Notes: generated by a model not told the origin, from the letters alone. DNA of 64,000 nt from Octopus vulgaris (GCA_951406725.2 OX597814.1:33418001-33482000); one strand, 5' to 3'; shown: positions 1 through 12,869, counted from the stretch's first letter. Translations and numbers: made by a program.

Positions 1-200
1 CATTTCGGTATTTCCTGTTTGAGGAAGGTTCGGGAGAAAGGAACATGTCTAGGAGTCCACTAGGGGAAGACACTGAGCAGATACGATGTTTTTACACCTT
101 TTACTATAAGCCAGAACTTTTTCCACAGTAAACAGCAGTGAATTTACTTCTAGAAGGTAAAATGTGTCACAAACATACAAACATACAGCCAAGCATCTAC

Positions 201-262
<62 letters not shown>

Positions 263-332
263 TGGTAAAAATGGTAAAGTAACAAAAGAAAGAAAGAGAC
301 CTCAATATTATGTAAATAGAGGAAATTTATCT

Positions 333-460
333 GTAAAATAATATGTGACAATTATTCAAAGGCCAGATAACCGAAGAGATGGTGGTGTGGATTTCCACCT
401 CGGCATCCAAAACTCACAGTTTTATCTTGGCTATTGAATAATTGTCACATATTATTTTAC
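333..460 (+). ncRNA. Fold-back element with a degenerate type I hammerhead-like core at its apex
   Basis: Perfect 27-bp inverted arms (333-359 / 434-460). Between them: ccagataa-CCGAAGA-gatg...catc-cAAAA-ct cac ag-tt-ttatcttgg, which has HHR topology with a mutated core. Confidence 0.55.
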
Positions 461-463
461 CGG

Positions 464-523
<60 letters not shown>

Positions 524-559
524 AAAGAAGGTTTGAAAATGCAATTTTAAAGATGTTTA

Positions 560-607
560 TTCACTTGACGGGTTTCACTTTTGTAGAAAAAGATTGTCAA
601 AAGTAAA
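560..607 (-). ncRNA. Degenerate minimal hammerhead in the 3' pLTR of a Penelope-like element
   Basis: Minus strand reads ttactt-TTGACAA-tctttt..aaaagt-GAAA-ccc-GTC-aagtga, followed by AATAAA. It lies downstream of the PLE at 880-2420. Confidence 0.5.
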
Positions 608-879
608 ATGCAAAGCTATGGATGAGCTTTGTTGTGTTACGTACTGGTTATCACAAAAGTATTAAAAAGCAGAGATACATTCTTTGATAATCATAAGAAA
701 ATGTTAAAAACAGTTTGCAAGAAAGTATTTGAGAAAGCAATCAGAAGGGGACTCCAAAAACTAGAGTTCAATAAAAATCATGTTTGTTTGGTAGTATATA
801 TATACACAGAAGGAGATATATTTAAGAATTTACAAAAAATTGTAGAGGAATAACTTACCTTTCTGACATTTTCTCTTGT

Positions 880-2420
880 GTGTATTGTTCCTTCAATGAG
901 GTGGATGGAAGTCCTGTAGTTGGAACAACCACATTTTTTTACGGTTGGCGGTGGGCTTGTGTTGGGTAATTGTGCATAGGTGAGTAGGTTTTTTTTAAGG
1001 ATTTGGGTTGTCTTTTGCTTTTTATTATTTTATGGGTTGCGAGTACTTTTTATAGACGTGGGTCTTGACTCAGCTGTGGAATGTTCTTGTATATAATTGT
1101 GTGAGCTTCTGCATTTCTTGGATTGTGTGTTGAGAGATATGGGAAACTATTTAATGTATCGTGAGTGTGTTTCGGTTTTCGAAAGTCTTGGGTATCAATT
1201 GTCTTGGCCCGTTCTATTCCATTTTCAACTAATGATACTGGAGAATGTCTTTCGAGAAGAATTGCCTTTAGTTCTTGGAATCTTTTATTTCATATTCTAT
1301 AATTTGAGACAATTGTACATAGGCGCAGGAGTGGCTGTGATAGGCGCAGGAGTGGCTGTGTGGTAAGTAGCTTGCTAACCAACCACATGGTTCCGGGTTC
1401 AGTCCCACTGCGTGGCATCTTGGGAAAATGTCTTCTGCTATAGCCCCGGGCCGACCAATGCCTTGTGAGTGGATTTGGTAGACGGAAACTGAAAGAAGCC
1501 TGTCGTATATATGTGTATATATATATATGTGTGTGTTTGTGTGTCTGTGTTTGTCTCCGTAGCATCGCTTGACAACCGATGCTGGTGTGTTTACGTCCCC
1601 GTCACTTAGCGGTTCGGCAAAAAAGAGACCGATAGAATAAGTACTGGGCTTACAAAGAATAAGTCCTGGGGTCGAATTGCTCGATTAAAGGCGGTGCTCC
1701 AGCATGGCCGCAGTCAAATGACTGAAACAAGTAAAAGAGAAAAAAGAGAAAGAGTAAAAGAGAAAGAGATTATTCTCGCTAGGTTGAAGGGGATATTTGT
1801 CTTCGTGTGCTTTGGGTGATTGGAGGTGAACAGGAGGTATTTTTCGAATCAGTTGGTTTATAGTAGATATCAGTTTCAAAGTTAGTGCCTTTCTTTTATA
1901 AGAATGTAAAGAAAAGGAAGTTGGTCTTCACTATATTCCATTGTAAATTGGATATGGTTGTTGATACTGTTGATTAAGAGTTTAAAATCAATGACTTTGT
2001 CGAGTGTGTGGGACCATAGGATGAGGCAATCATCCAAGTAGCGTTTCCAATTCTCCAACAGGTATTTGTGGAAAGACAGGCCGTATTCAGATTCGGATTC
2101 TTTATAAATTTGTAATTCTAGAGGGGGCATCCCCAGGTATGCATAAGTAGGGGCAACTTTAGAGACCATTGCAGTCCCTGATATCTGTCTGTAGGTGCTA
2201 CTATTAAAATTCAAAAAGTTGTTTTGTAGGATAAACTTAAGGCCTTCGATGATGAATTCTTTTTTTTATTATTTCCGGGACCTCATTGGGGTATTTTTCT
2301 AGCCAGAATTTAATGGCTTCCAGTCCATATTGATGTGAGCTCCTAGTGTAAAGGTTTATTACATCAAAGTAAACAATGAAAATGTCTTTATTGGTATGTT
2401 TGGGGAGATGATTTAGTAGG
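880..2420 (-). mobile_element. Penelope-like retroelement, decayed RT, thumb and Cys linker, interrupted by a SINE
   Basis: YRQISGTAM..KVAPTYA, WKRYLDD, IQFTMEYSEDQLPFL, HPKHTKTNIPFNLARIICTIVS, RFQELKAILLERH, KIIKSKRQPKSLKK..KCGC. Frameshifts and stops are present. Confidence 0.9.
1321..1769 (+). mobile_element. tRNA-derived SINE, family A (full length)
   Basis: A-box-like tggctgtgtggt, B-box-like ggttcagtccc, internal TA/TG tract, tail ggtgctccagcatggccgcagtcaaatgactgaaac plus a purine-rich end. Many copies occur in the window. Confidence 0.9.
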
Positions 2421-2574
2421 TACACACACAGACACGCATAGTGTAGCATACACACACACAGACACGCATGTATATATATGTATATATATATATGCATGTA
2501 TGCATATATACATATGTGTGTTTATATACATATATACATACACACACACATATGTATATATATATTTATATATA

Positions 2575-2630
<56 letters not shown>

Positions 2631-2649
2631 TAAATAGATTGTAACTGTG

Positions 2650-3183
2650 CAGCAGATGAGATATAGGGAGACGTTAAAAAGTACGACTTTACTTCCTGGA
2701 GAAAAGATGACAGATATCTAATAATCTACATATGCAAAATTCTGGAAGTGCTAGTAGCTAATTTCGGCATTGAGTGGTATATACAAATGTCTAAAATGGA
2801 CGCTGCTGTGTTGTACCGTAGATTCAGGACCAGGTACCGTAATAGCTTAGGGTTCAAAGGCCCACATCTCTTCAATGCCCTGCTTCAAAAATTAAGAAAC
2901 CTATACAATGTACACGTGGATGTCTTCAAAAAGAAACTGAACCTTCTCCTTTCCACAATACTGGATGAACCAACAGCCCGGCATGAGGTACAGATAAGGG
3001 TAGCGGTATCAAATTACCTCATATACCAAATGGGTCAGCAATCAAGGCAAAAGCACTTACAGGTGTGGTGATATGAAACACCCGCCACTCTAAAGAAATC
3101 AGCCAAAGAATTATACGTAAAAGTGCAAAATCACGGTGGTGCTCCAGTATGACCTCAGCGAAATGGCTGAAAGGAATTAAAGT
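2650..3183 (+). mobile_element. CR1/L2-group LINE 3' end (ORF2 C-terminus and 3' UTR)
   Basis: [56 protein letters not shown], typical of a CR1/L2-group C-terminus. Confidence 0.8.
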
Positions 3184-3329
3184 ACATATATCCATATGTA
3201 TACAGACATAACTTACACTCATACATGTATGTAGATCATAACATATGTATACTGAGATCTTTGATGATACACCATAGAATGTAAAAATTAGTTCACCCTG
3301 TACACGAAGTTATTGTCTTGCTCTACAAA

Positions 3330-3616
3330 AATTTCTTTCTACATATAACATACAAGTCCAACATTTTTAAAGCATTTTAAAGCAACCACGTTTCAACATA
3401 TGCTGTTGGAACTTTCCTATATCATGTATTACCCAGAATAAAATCGTCTGGAATATTGTATTTGGCATTTTGTGTTCCAGAAAAATTAGATAATGTAATA
3501 AAGGAATAGAGGCAGTCCTAGTTAACCTAACCACGTTGCTGCATGAAAGCTCTATGAAAGCTGAGGAGGTCGAAATCGTGATTTTAACCTTTCGTTGTTT
3601 GACAAGTATGTTCTCT
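3330..3616 (-). pseudogene. Possible degenerate protein-kinase fragment
   Basis: After a ttttgtgttactag acceptor-like site: ENILVKQRKVKIT, then a 1-nt frameshift to DFDL (subdomains VIb-VII-like), and later KCW..ERNF. Weak. Confidence 0.25.
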
Positions 3617-3699
3617 AGTAACACAAAACTTTTATGTATACATATATGTGTATACGTGTGCATATATGTTTAAATAAACATACATACACACACATATGC

Positions 3700-3749
<50 letters not shown>

Positions 3750-4779
3750 ATGTATATATAAATATATATATATATATATACCCAGCATATGCATATTTTG
3801 TTTCTTTAAGCACATGTGTGCATGTTCATGAATAACATTTTTATATACTTATGTCTATTTACATATACAGACATACATATATATATATATATATTGAAAA
3901 ATAGTATGGCTCTGCCCACGCACGTTCATAAACAGAAAACATATATACATATCCATACACACACATATATATAAATATATATAAGTATACATACACATAC
4001 ATACATACAAGCATGTATATACATATATATTTATACAAATATATCCATACATAGTGTGTATGTAAACATCAATGCATAATTATATAGATGTGTGTCTGTG
4101 TGAATGCTCTTCTCGGAAAAATCATCGATTTGTGGATATGTGCATTTGTGCATCTGTTTCTGTGTCAGTGTGCGTGTATGAGCGTGTGCGTGTGTATGTG
4201 TGTATGTGCGTAAGCTTATGCTTTGGCACAGCTGTACGTATCTATGTGGGCATAACCTATTTTTTAATCGTTTTATCCGACTGTGTGAAGAAACCACTCC
4301 AAGGTGCATGTTTCTTACTGCGATGGAATTTCTCTCCGACTGGATTTTTTAGGCACATGAATACAGCTTCCAATAAATGCCTTGACACTTACATACAACC
4401 ATAGATAAGTATTTACGTGTGCATCATCTGCATATATATTAGTGTTTATAAGAGTGTTGTGAGTATGTGTAAGTACTTTGTGTTGGCATCTTTTGAGATA
4501 TATTATGATAGAATTCATCAAAGAATTGCTATATGTAATCAGCCGTCGCAAATATTGCACACAGTGTACGCAAATGTAATATACTGTCACACACACAAAC
4601 ACGCACACACACAAAAACATACATATATATATAGAGAGAGAGAGATAAAGAGAGAGACGGGGGAGCGAGAGACAGTGACAGAGAAAGAATAAACTCGCAT
4701 GTATGTATATAAATATAAAATGTACACATAAATAAAAAATGTACATATATTTGCGTACGTACACACATACACACATATA

Positions 4780-5027
4780 AACATGTATTACTTACATATC
4801 TGTATAATATATATATGTGTGTATAATGTACATTTATTATGCATATAAAATATATATGTCTATATAACTATTTATATATATATACTTACACACACACATA
4901 TATGTATATACATATATATATATTTGTTTGTAGATACATGTAGTTATATAATTATATGCATCAATATATAAACTTATACATGTATATGTTTATATGTGTG
5001 CACGCGTGTGTGGGTGCATAACATACA

Positions 5028-5071
<44 letters not shown>

Positions 5072-5088
5072 TATATATATATACATAT

Positions 5089-5127
<39 letters not shown>

Positions 5128-5164
5128 CATAACACACATATATATATATATGCATATATAGATA

Positions 5165-5204
<40 letters not shown>

Positions 5205-5746
5205 TGTGTACTTTACTCACATAAATACAGCTCATCATATATATCTATGTGTGTTTGTGCCTATAGGTGTATGTGTGTGTGTGTGTGTAACATAAGAGTC
5301 AAATATGCGTTATATAACAATACGTAACAGTCTATTGTTGGCATACGCGTTTCTTAATCCTTCGCCACTATTTTTTACCCTCTTTACCATTTCCAATAAC
5401 ATACATTACATAGAGACGGGTTTTCTTTATAGTGTTTTGGACATATTCTTTTTTCTCACCATTTTCTCTATGCTTATTTCTTTATGAATTCATACGTTAT
5501 TCTTATTACTCTTATATTCATATATCTATACACAAATACACACGCCACACACACACACACAAACACACATATATATATATTCATATTATATATACAGATA
5601 TATATATACATATGAATTGCTAGGTAATATATATGTATATATATTCATATTATACATATATGTACATATATATCCATATTATATATATATATACATATCA
5701 TGTGTCTGTATATATGTATATATATCTATATATCTATATCTATCTA

Positions 5747-5817
<71 letters not shown>

Positions 5818-5887
5818 ATATATATATAAGTATAGATATAGATATAGATATATATACATATATATGCATATATATATACATACATAC

Positions 5888-5960
<73 letters not shown>

Positions 5961-5965
5961 CATAT
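4780..5965. repeat. Compound (TA)n/(CA)n/(TATG)n microsatellite-rich block
   Basis: Seen directly. Confidence 0.9.
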
Positions 5966-6521
5966 TCTTTATTCGTTTCATTACTTCATTTATTTTTATT
6001 TCGTGACTCCTAATGTAAGGTTAAAAAACACATGCTAAAACAAAAAAAAAATTATATATCATAGAGAGAAAGAACTTATTGAAAGAACCCTGAGAGGGGA
6101 ATGTTCTACTCATAAAGGTTTTTCGTATATAGTTGTTTCGAATCAGTAAAATCACGTGGATTGCTTTTTAAAGAATGGCTGAGGGGTTGCTAAGAGTAAG
6201 AATGCGTTATCCTACCCTCCTAATTTATGCACGAAGATATTGAAATAAAAACATCATAGCATATTCGTGAGCGCAGATCTGGATGTATTTTAGTTCTTTT
6301 TTTTTTTGCGGAGAGAGTCTTTTATATTTATTATTTTATATATATATATATAGATTCTTTTTTTTTAGGCATATTGCAGAACAGAGAGAATTTGCGAATA
6401 AATGGCATAAAATAGAAGAAAATGTGCTTTCCTTACGGAGAAATACACGATGAACAAAATATACGTAACTAGATTCGGCTTATTTCGTCCATTCTCCTGC
6501 AAGCTAAGGAATATGTGGGTT

Positions 6522-6568
<47 letters not shown>

Positions 6569-6589
6569 TATGAAGTATGAACCCACGTG

Positions 6590-6647
<58 letters not shown>

Positions 6648-6731
6648 CATACATATATACATATATATGCGTATTCATATAAATATACATGAGTGTATAT
6701 ATGTATATATATATTTTTATCTTTCTATATA

Positions 6732-6806
<75 letters not shown>

Positions 6807-6819
6807 GTATATATATGTT

Positions 6820-6845
6820 CGTATATGGATGTGTATGTGCGTGTC

Positions 6846-6891
<46 letters not shown>

Positions 6892-7465
6892 TGTATGTGT
6901 GTGTGTGTGTTTGTAAAGTGCATCTTATTTCATAATTCCAATGCCCCGGACAAGCGCTGAAAAGTGAAGAACGAGAGATCAAGATGCACACATGTACAAG
7001 CATGTGATTTGGTGTTTACATACAGGAATTTTCATGCTAGCACTCGCTACCTTCGTGTTTCTGGAGACGGTGTAGACTTATTCACCTCTATCACGCTAGC
7101 CGCAATAGCATCTGTAAGTCTTCCATGATTTTTCTTGAATGGACATTGTTTTTTTATTAGGCTTTCCTTTTCTATTCATTTGGATCGCTTTGTTGTATTT
7201 TAAATTTGCTTTATTTTCTTTCGTAGGAGTGATTATTCATAAGTGCTATATCGTTTTAGATTGCTATTGGCGGACTCTCGTGTCGAAACTGATAGATGAA
7301 GGCTGTGAAATATCTCGCTGAATAACCCACAAAGATTATTTCTACATATCAGCATTGCCTTTACAGGTGCACAGAGTAATCACAGACTAACGTGAAATGA
7401 ATTGTTTTGCTCAAGAACACAATGCAGAACCCGGGCTTTGGAATTATGAAATAATATGCACTTTA

Positions 7466-7522
<57 letters not shown>

Positions 7523-7551
7523 GCACGCACGCACATACACATCCATATACG
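6820..7551. repeat. Inverted repeat, arms ~125 bp (6820-6949 / 7431-7551)
   Basis: cgtatatggatgtgtatgtgc(gt)n-ttgtaaagtgcatcttatttcataattccaatgccccgg is mirrored at 7431-7551. Confidence 0.85.
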
Positions 7552-7669
7552 TTCAATTGAAACCACGAATTCGTAAGTGCGAATCTATAAACTCGCACCT
7601 TCACATAGTGTGCTACTACGACACAGGGTAAATCTGTTTTCTTACTTTGGCACACAGCCAGCAAATGTT

Positions 7670-7815
7670 AGTCGATTACAATCGTCCTCAGTACTTGGTT
7701 AGTACTTTATGTTATCCACCCTGAAAGGATGTAAGGGGAAGCTGAACTCGGCGTAACCTGAATTGAGAATTCTATGAGCTGGAAGAAATTCTCCAAGGCA
7801 TTTTGTCAGAGGATG
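7670..7815 (-). mobile_element. Degenerate SINE family C fragment
   Basis: Diverged match to gtcgattacatcgaccccagt...ccccgaaaggatgaaaggcaaagtcgacctcggcgg. Confidence 0.6.
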
Positions 7816-8534
7816 TCTACAATCAGTTCAGTATACCCAAACAAATAAAGAATAATAATTTATGGGATGCACAGAGAACTGCATGCTCTTGTTAGATTCA
7901 TCAATTCGACGGGGTAGCTTTGATTGAAGAGACAAAGAACGTGGTCAAAATATCATTGAGTCTCGAAGTCCCTTTATGCTGGTGAATCGCGTGTGGTTTG
8001 AATGCACGTCGTCTAAAATAAGGAACTGCTCTCCGGTGACAAAAAACAAGAGTGACCAGATATTTACACCCGAACGTGCCAGATTGTATTAAGAATGAAT
8101 TGATACCAGAGGTTTCCCCCCCAAAAGATTAATCTGCTAGAAAAATCAACAAAATTTCGATCAAACAATTCTTTGCCACCTTAAGAAACAGAAAAATACA
8201 TAAAGTAATGTAATCCTGGATAACTTTAAATGAAATGGTTAGATTTGTAATACCATTCTTCATAAGTCTGCTTGATCGGGATCGAGGAGAACGGCAAAGC
8301 AACAAAAACTGAAACTGATGAACAAATCAATAATCGAAGTCTCTGTTTGATCGCTCGATTGTTCTAGTTGCCAAATTGTTTTTAACTCACGTCCAATACG
8401 AATACAAAAAAAAAGAGGATGTATATCCAGTCCTAGATACACTATATCTGAATAAACTACATGATACACTATACTTTGATCAATACTTTTAGGCAAACAT
8501 AGTGTTAAATTATTAAGGGTTAACTTAGGCTTAC

Positions 8535-8566
<32 letters not shown>

Positions 8567-8607
8567 TGTTGCAAGATTCCTGATGTGAAGTCGTGTGTGA
8601 AACGGGA

Positions 8608-8876
8608 CATTGTTGTATTTTGGGACGGTCATTTTTTTTTGCCAAATAAACACACGCACTATATATTCGTTCTTCACTCGTTTATTACTGTTCTTATTTT
8701 AAGTCATGTACATTGTCCGGAAATCTTTCGTTACACATTTGTGACTTCTTCAGCAACACTTTCCGTTTTCGTGTGTGCTCTTGCTCTTGCTCTTATTCCA
8801 TTCTATTCTTCTATGATGTATATCTTTATAACGCATGCGTCTGTGTTTGTGTGTGTGTACATGTGTGTGTGCGTGC

Positions 8877-8938
<62 letters not shown>

Positions 8939-10132
8939 CTGTGTGTGGCTTTGTGTGTTTCATTGTTCTTAGAAGCAATATGACTCAGCCCCGTCTGCAA
9001 TCCCGTTGCCGCTGCTTCTGCTCTTGAACCCGACTTTTTGTACCGTTCTTGTTGCTCACTGTGTTGGCGTGTTCGCCCACGCTGCTGCTATCGCAGTAGC
9101 TGTTGTTGTTGCTGTCGTTGTACCATATGTGTGTTTGTGTGTGTATATGGGTTCGCTTCCATGGAGAGACAACACGCAGCATAGGAGAGCGTATAAGTGG
9201 ACACTGCCGAGAGCTCAAAGAAGAGAAAGACTCGTCAGTGCTCTGCCAACGTGCTCAAGCAGAACATAGAGGCTCAATCGAAAGCATAGAGGTCAAAGTA
9301 TTATCAACGCATAGAATTGGCACAACAACTAAACAGATCACAGAGGCTACACACATAGCAATAGATAGACTGAGCCTCAACTGAAAACACGAATAGAACA
9401 ATAACACCCACAATCACACCACACAACATGATGACTGAAGACTAAAGGGAGACAAAAAGCACACAAAAAGATATAAACAGCATCATACACATACAATAGA
9501 CATATATGCACATGCCTATGATAAATATAAAAAAAAGAGACATAAAATGGAACATTTTATAAAGGGCACGGATAAAAACAACATACGAAGCGAACTCATA
9601 TGCACACGCAAACACATACGGTAACTTCACTGACGGCCGGAAGACTATCAACAACACAACCAACAACATTGGCAACAACAACAACTACTACAACTACCAC
9701 AATGGCAGCAGCGTGAGCGAACACACAAACACAATGAGTTACAAGTACGGTACAAAGAGTCGGGTACGAAAGCAGCAGCAGCAGCAACGGGATAGGAGAC
9801 GGGGCTGAGGGGGGGGGTCATAGTGCTACTAAGAACAGTGACACACACACACACACACTCACATGTACACACACACACACACACTCATATGTACACACAG
9901 TCACACACACACAGGCGCACGCGTATATAAAGATAAACACCATAGAAGCACATAATGGAATACACAGAGCAAGAACACACACAAAGACGGAAAGTGTCGC
10001 CGAGAAGGACACAGATGTGTGACGAAAGATATCCGGACAACGAACATGAGTTAGAATAAGAACAATAATAATCGACTATATAATGTGTGTGTTCGTTTGG
10101 AAAAATATTATCATCCCAAAATAAAACAATAT
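8608..10132. repeat. Diverged inverted duplication (~8608-9140 / ~9600-10132)
   Basis: Collinear reverse-complement similarity, e.g. tgtccggaaatctttcgttacacat vs reverse complement tgtccggatatctttcgtcacacat. The ORF-track peptides on opposite strands also match. Confidence 0.85.
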
Positions 10133-10139
10133 ATATATA

Positions 10140-10537
10140 CTAGCAGTATCGCCCGGCGTTGCTCGGGTTTGTAAGGGAAATAACTATAAAGCATTTTTAG
10201 AGAGTTATAGCCAAAAAATAGCAAAAAAATGCATTAAGAATGGAAAAAAAATGATGGTAATTTTTTTTAAATCGTTGACTCATCGTAGACATTTTTAGAG
10301 AGTTACTTCCCTTATATAATAGCGAAAATATGCATTAAAATGGGGAAAAAAAATGATGGTAAATTATTTTTAAAATCGTACACTCATCGTAGACGCGCGC
10401 TAATACCCAGAAGGGCTCGATATGAATCACGACTATAAGATACCCGGTTTTGGTTAAACTGCACCGCAAAATGTGGGAGTAGTTAGGAATCTAAATCGTA
10501 GGAGACAGACACACAACTTCTCTTTTATATATAAAGA
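10140..10537 (-). mobile_element. Non-autonomous Helitron
   Basis: 5' a|TCtttatatataaaag; 3' hairpin cccgagcaacgccggg followed by CTAG|t. Inserted between A and T with no TSD. Confidence 0.85.
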
Positions 10538-10589
10538 TTTAAGAACAAATCTAAATATCTTCTAGAACAGGAATGCGACACATCTTCCG

Positions 10590-11205
10590 TTGTTCATGAA
10601 ACATAGGTTCCTGCAAATTACGACAATGGTCGTACAAATATCAAACGTTATATCGGAGAGAAAAAAAATTAAATCCAGATATAACAACCATCTTTCGAAT
10701 TTTAGGTACCGTGATAAGAGACACACAACAGCCTTTTCGGCTTTAATATGGAAACTTAAAGTCAAGAGACCAATTTCGATATAAAATGGAAAATACTTTC
10801 TAAATCCACACCTTATATAAACGGGTCTAAAAATTTTTTTAGTGTGTTCTCTTGAAAAATTGTATCTATTGAAATAACTTGAAAATCTCCAACGAATATA
10901 TAAACTCGAAGAAGAGAATTTTTTTTCCTCTATCTCCGCATTTCAAGAGATACATCTTGTCGGAATAAAAAAGTAGACCACCGGATACTCTGTAACCCAT
11001 TAACATCTGGTTTACGTCTGTCTGACATCGAATTATTGTAACGTTGGTTATCTCCCTTATTTTTTTTTTTTTCTTGTCTTTCTCTTTACAAGCGTCTCTT
11101 GTTTAAGTCTTTCTGCTCAAAAGACTACTGACAAGCGGTTTGTTTTCAACTTGATAAATGGCTGAATAAATCATTATTTCGAGCAGGAAACTCTGGGTAC
11201 TGTAT
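10590..11205 (+). mobile_element. Penelope-like GIY-YIG C-terminal fragment with pLTR
   Basis: KSRYNNHLSNFRY..TAFSALIWKLK..WKILSKSTPY..VCSLEKLY. Degenerate HHR-like ctgacaag...gaaactctgggta at ~11138-11200. Confidence 0.75.
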
Positions 11206-11290
11206 ATACAAAATTCCTTTTAAACATTATGTGTATGTGTGTGCATGTGTGCGTACGTGTGTGTGCGTGTGTGCGTATGTATGTGTGTAC

Positions 11291-11322
<32 letters not shown>

Positions 11323-11384
11323 TACAAAACCTCGCTAAAATAAGTATTTATTTATATTTAAGATCGTTAAATTGTAAAATTTAA

Positions 11385-11771
11385 TCTCTATATATATAAA
11401 CGGCAGTTTGTCTGTGCGTTTTCTGTGTGTCTGTTTTCTCGTACCCTCACTCTGACCACGGCTTTCAACCGATTCTGATGAAACTTGACACACACACATA
11501 GCCCAATGTCATAATTCAAAACTAACGCAGCGAAAATTTTGAAAAGTTCCCCCAGTTCTGAAAAAGATCGATAAATTCGACATGGGGTCGAGAATCAGAA
11601 ACCCAAACCACAGACCGTCTAGGGGACGCAACTCCACCTTTTTTAACTCTCAAAAAAAAATTTACCATCATTTTTTTCCCATTTTTTTGCTATTTTTTGG
11701 CTATAACTCTCTAAAAATGCTTTATAGTTATTTCCCTTACAAACCTGAGCAACGCCGGGCGATACTGCTAG
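11385..11771 (+). mobile_element. Non-autonomous Helitron
   Basis: a|TCtctatatatataaac ... cctgagcaacgccgggcgatactgCTAG|t. The 3' ~120 bp are shared with 10140-10537. Confidence 0.85.
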
Positions 11772-12654
11772 TATTTTATAAGTCTTTGGTGTAATAATAT
11801 TTTTCTTATGTAAATATCGTTGTTTATGTAATGATCTAATTATCGTAATTTTCTATATTATTAGATATTAAATTTAAGTTTATTCGTTAGATATTACTTA
11901 GCGATAGACTTGTTGTTTGATAGCAAGTATACGAGTTGTCTAAAGTTAGGTTTTTGTATATACATGTATTAATAGTATTAATTGTAGTTTTAAATTTCTT
12001 ATAATTAAAATTAGATAAACTAAGATAAACTTAGATATGTTTCGACCAAAGATTGGTGTAGGCCATGTCTAATTTAATAACATAACTTAGTTATTGTCTT
12101 TTTAAATTGATATTCGCTAGTATATTCCCATTGATAAATATATTTATAGTATTTATAGTATTTATTCGATACTATATAACTACGAATTGATTATTTCTAT
12201 AAGTATTTTAAATAAGATTTCCGAAAGTTGGTTTAAGTTTGTTTGTTTGTATTTTTGAAATTAGCTATTTCATCTTTAAATATGAAAAATTAATTTATTA
12301 GGTCTTTATTATATGTGCATATATGTTTATTTATAGAGATTATTTTAGATCTTAATTATAATATTTATATATATTTATATATTTTCATTGATAATTTTTA
12401 TATATTATAGTCATTTTTTAAAAAATATTTATGTAATTAGATATAGACTATTACCGATATTAGATTATTGGTGGGTTTCTTACCTTATAAATTAAAATTA
12501 ATATTTAACATTTTAATCGATTTTGATATAATCATAATTGTTAAGTTTTAAGTTTCTAGTTTGATAATAGAGTTTATTATAAGTAAATTATTATATTATT
12601 TATATCTTAAAAATATTGTTTAAATATTTCTGATTATTTTTTAAATATTTCAAT

Positions 12655-12751
12655 TAACCTGAAGATTGACTGTAACCATAACTCGAATTATTAATTGAAT
12701 TTAAATTATTTTTATTCGAATTGGTACAGCCATGAAACGATCGTAGTGTTT
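12655..12751 (+). ncRNA. Type I hammerhead-like ribozyme with intact core
   Basis: CTGAAGA (12659-65), long stem II (ctgtaacca..tcgaat / attcga..tggtacag), GAAA (12734-37), palindromic stem III CGATCG, TA site, weak stem I. Confidence 0.65.
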
Positions 12752-12833
12752 TACTCTTTATCTTTTATTAAACTTTTAATACTTTTGATATTTATATTAA
12801 AAAAATTAATTAATTAATTAATTAATTAATAAA

Positions 12834-12869
<36 letters not shown>

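Noticed and set aside
4315-7003. Many ORFs rich in YI, CV and HT repeats (also at 25-27 kb, 41-43 kb, 52-53 kb and 59-60 kb)
   Set aside because: Stop-free translations of (TA)n/(TG)n/(TATG)n microsatellites.
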